A stretch of DNA of 63,069 nt, filler included, from Octopus bimaculoides (Eukaryota), in the NCBI RefSeq assembly GCF_001194135.2. It is 3 parts of 3 records of this genome, joined end to end, with 100 filler letters (N's around TTAATTAATTAA, not from the genome) between each part and the next. Parts side by side here need not be neighbours in the genome. Positions count along the whole stretch, not along the records: positions 44,497 to 63,069 come from NC_068982.1; 2 more parts are not named here. One strand, given 5' to 3'. Below the pieces are notes generated by a model. That model saw only the letters and a program-made list of their open reading frames with translations, was not told the DNA's origin and ran no database searches. This document shows, piece after piece, positions 61,240 to 63,069 of this stretch. The first letter of the stretch is position 1. Each line of letters opens with the position of its first letter. The position numbers and the translations under genes were made by a program.

Positions 61240-61930
61240 AGTGACCAAACACAGTATACAGAAAGATGAGTAGAAATTCCACACAATGTACCTGAAGTAA
61301 ATTATTGGTGCACAACAGTGCAGTGGTATCACAGTTCGGATAACAGAATACTTCATATATAGGATATGTAGAGAAGTTATTAACAGTCAGTACAAAAATT
61401 ATATTAATGCTTTCAAAGTACTTGCAGGCTACCTAGTAGTAGTTGACAGATTCTGTTACCTAGGTGACCTAGTAAGTAGTGGAGAAGGTGTTCTAAAAGC
61501 ATAGTCGCAAGCATAAGAATGGGGCAGAAAAGTTCAGGGAGCTATTATCTCTGATGATTACAAGAGGTTTCATCCTTTGAATGAAGAGTAGACGGATGTT
61601 TGAACACTGAGTGTGATGGTGCATGGTGCCAAAACATGGAATATGGAAGCTGTACAAAGATTAGAAAGTCATGTGGCAAGTGATGTTCTGCTGGTTGTGT
61701 AATATTGAGCTAAAACAATGAGACAAAAACTAGAAACAAGGGGAATCCAATGGAGTGTATATGAGAAATGACTGAGCTAGTATGGGCCTGTGATATGTTT
61801 AGAAGGTGATAGTCAAGTAAAGAAATGCTAAATGATTCAAGTAGACTGAATCTGCAGCAGAAAAAGACTAAAGAAGACATGAAGAGAAGTTGTGAAAGCT
61901 AATTTCAGGTGGCTGAACCTCATAAAGGTG
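61240..61930 (+). mobile_element. Decayed RTE-X-like LINE ORF2 C-terminal region (PHD-type finger through the C-terminus)
   Basis: RNSTQCT*SKLLVH/CSGITVRITEYFIYRICREVIN...VVVDRFCYLGDLVSSG...KFRELL...GAKTW...KKT.REVVKANFRWLNL. Confidence 0.8.
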
Positions 61931-62771
61931 ACAAAGAAACCCACCCAATTCATAAAAGCATATAAAATTATAATGTGTCTGGTTATGTATAAGTGTGCAT
62001 GTGTGTGTGTATGTATGTATCTGTCTCTCTCTCTATGCTATGTATATACACACACACACACACACACACACTCTGCTGTCACATTGTATTTTCATATTTA
62101 CCTAATTCCAGAATCTCTCTTCTGGATCCTGCTTAACTACCTTATCCCATTAAAACTAGAATAGATCAGCCTATTCCAATTGTTAGCACTAATCACTTTT
62201 AATCTTTCTTACAATTCTATTTATTTATATATTATGTCTATTGTTTCCTATTTATTCTACTCAAGGCACAACTTAATCACTAAATCTACTGTTTTTCTCA
62301 TAATGCTTTTCAGCTTAATTTTATTATTTTTTATTTACTGTTTTTTTTTTTTTTTCTTGCTACTTCTGGGTTTATAAAATTTTAATTGTGCATAATTTTA
62401 TTTGTTTCTTTCTTTATCTACAAATGTGTCCATCTACCTTCATGTCTAGATTATCTATGTATATGTCTGTCTGTACGTCTAACTATTCAGAACAGGTTTT
62501 TAAATTTCCCCAAATCATTTTCCTACCTGTTTGTTCTTCATGTTTGCATGCAATAACATGTAGTTACTAGTCTCATGTAAATTCATACACCACACATGCA
62601 CGTCTGTGTGTGTGCTTGTGTATGTATGTATGCATGTGTGTATATATATCTGTGTGTGTGTGTGTGTGTATTGTTTTATAAACAATACTGTTGTAGAATA
62701 TCATATATTGCATATAATGTAAAATAGTTTGCATTATAACCATCTCTCTCTCTCTTTATCTATCCCCCCCC

Positions 62772-62803
<32 letters not shown>

Positions 62804-62809
<6 letters not shown>

Positions 62810-63069
62810 CTCGACTTTGCAAAAGCCTTTGACAAAGTTGATCATGGCTTGATATGTCACAAGCTGCGAAACCTTGGCATAGCTGGTAAATTAGGAGAGT
62901 GGCTGCATGACTTCTTGAATGGTAGAAGTCAGACAGTTGCAGCCAATGGAGAACTATCTAGGGAAACACAAATATTGAGCGGTGTTCTACAGGGAACTGT
63001 TCTGGGGCCACTACTGTTCATAGTGGCCCTTCTGGACATGCCCACGGTCACTCGGAGAGCCACTGTCAC
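62804..63069 (+). mobile_element. CR1-clade LINE reverse transcriptase fragment (open frame, runs off the window)
   Basis: IYLDFAKAFDKVDHGLICHKLRNLGIAGKLGEWLHDFLNGRSQTVAANGELSRETQILSGVLQGTVLGPLLFIVALLDMP; absent from the ORF track because it has no start codon. Confidence 0.95.

Noticed and set aside
1-63069. CRISPR array, rRNA, or prokaryotic operon
   Set aside because: No regularly spaced repeat-spacer units, rRNA motifs or dense ORFs; the sequence is eukaryotic and repeat-rich.

Overview
AT-rich, microsatellite-saturated animal genomic DNA with many N gaps. The SINE, RTE, CR1, Dong and piggyBac/mariner repeat content looks like an octopus (cephalopod) draft assembly; this is inferred from repeat recognition, not from a search. 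There is no intact protein-coding gene, rRNA or CRISPR array, and almost all ORFs in the supplied track are microsatellite or N-gap artefacts. The window contains: (1) dozens of tRNA-derived SINEs from at least four families; (2) decayed LINE fragments (CR1, RTE, RTE-X-like with a PHD-type finger, Tx1/L1, R4/Dong); (3) a maT/Tc1-mariner transposase relic and a piggyBac-type MITE; (4) two different fold-back elements carrying TTAGGG telomeric arrays (1-167 and 7057-7251); (5) several Penelope-type minimal hammerhead-ribozyme motifs, one fused to a tRNA-like Pol III head that is duplicated as a 150-bp zero-spacer palindrome; and (6) alternating CpG-rich and CpG-depleted domains, RFX X-box motifs and a few candidate small exons, which point to hidden host genes. 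Two 100-bp N44-TTAATTAATTAA-N44 linkers (26244-26343, 44397-44496) are artificial joins, so adjacency across them is not guaranteed.
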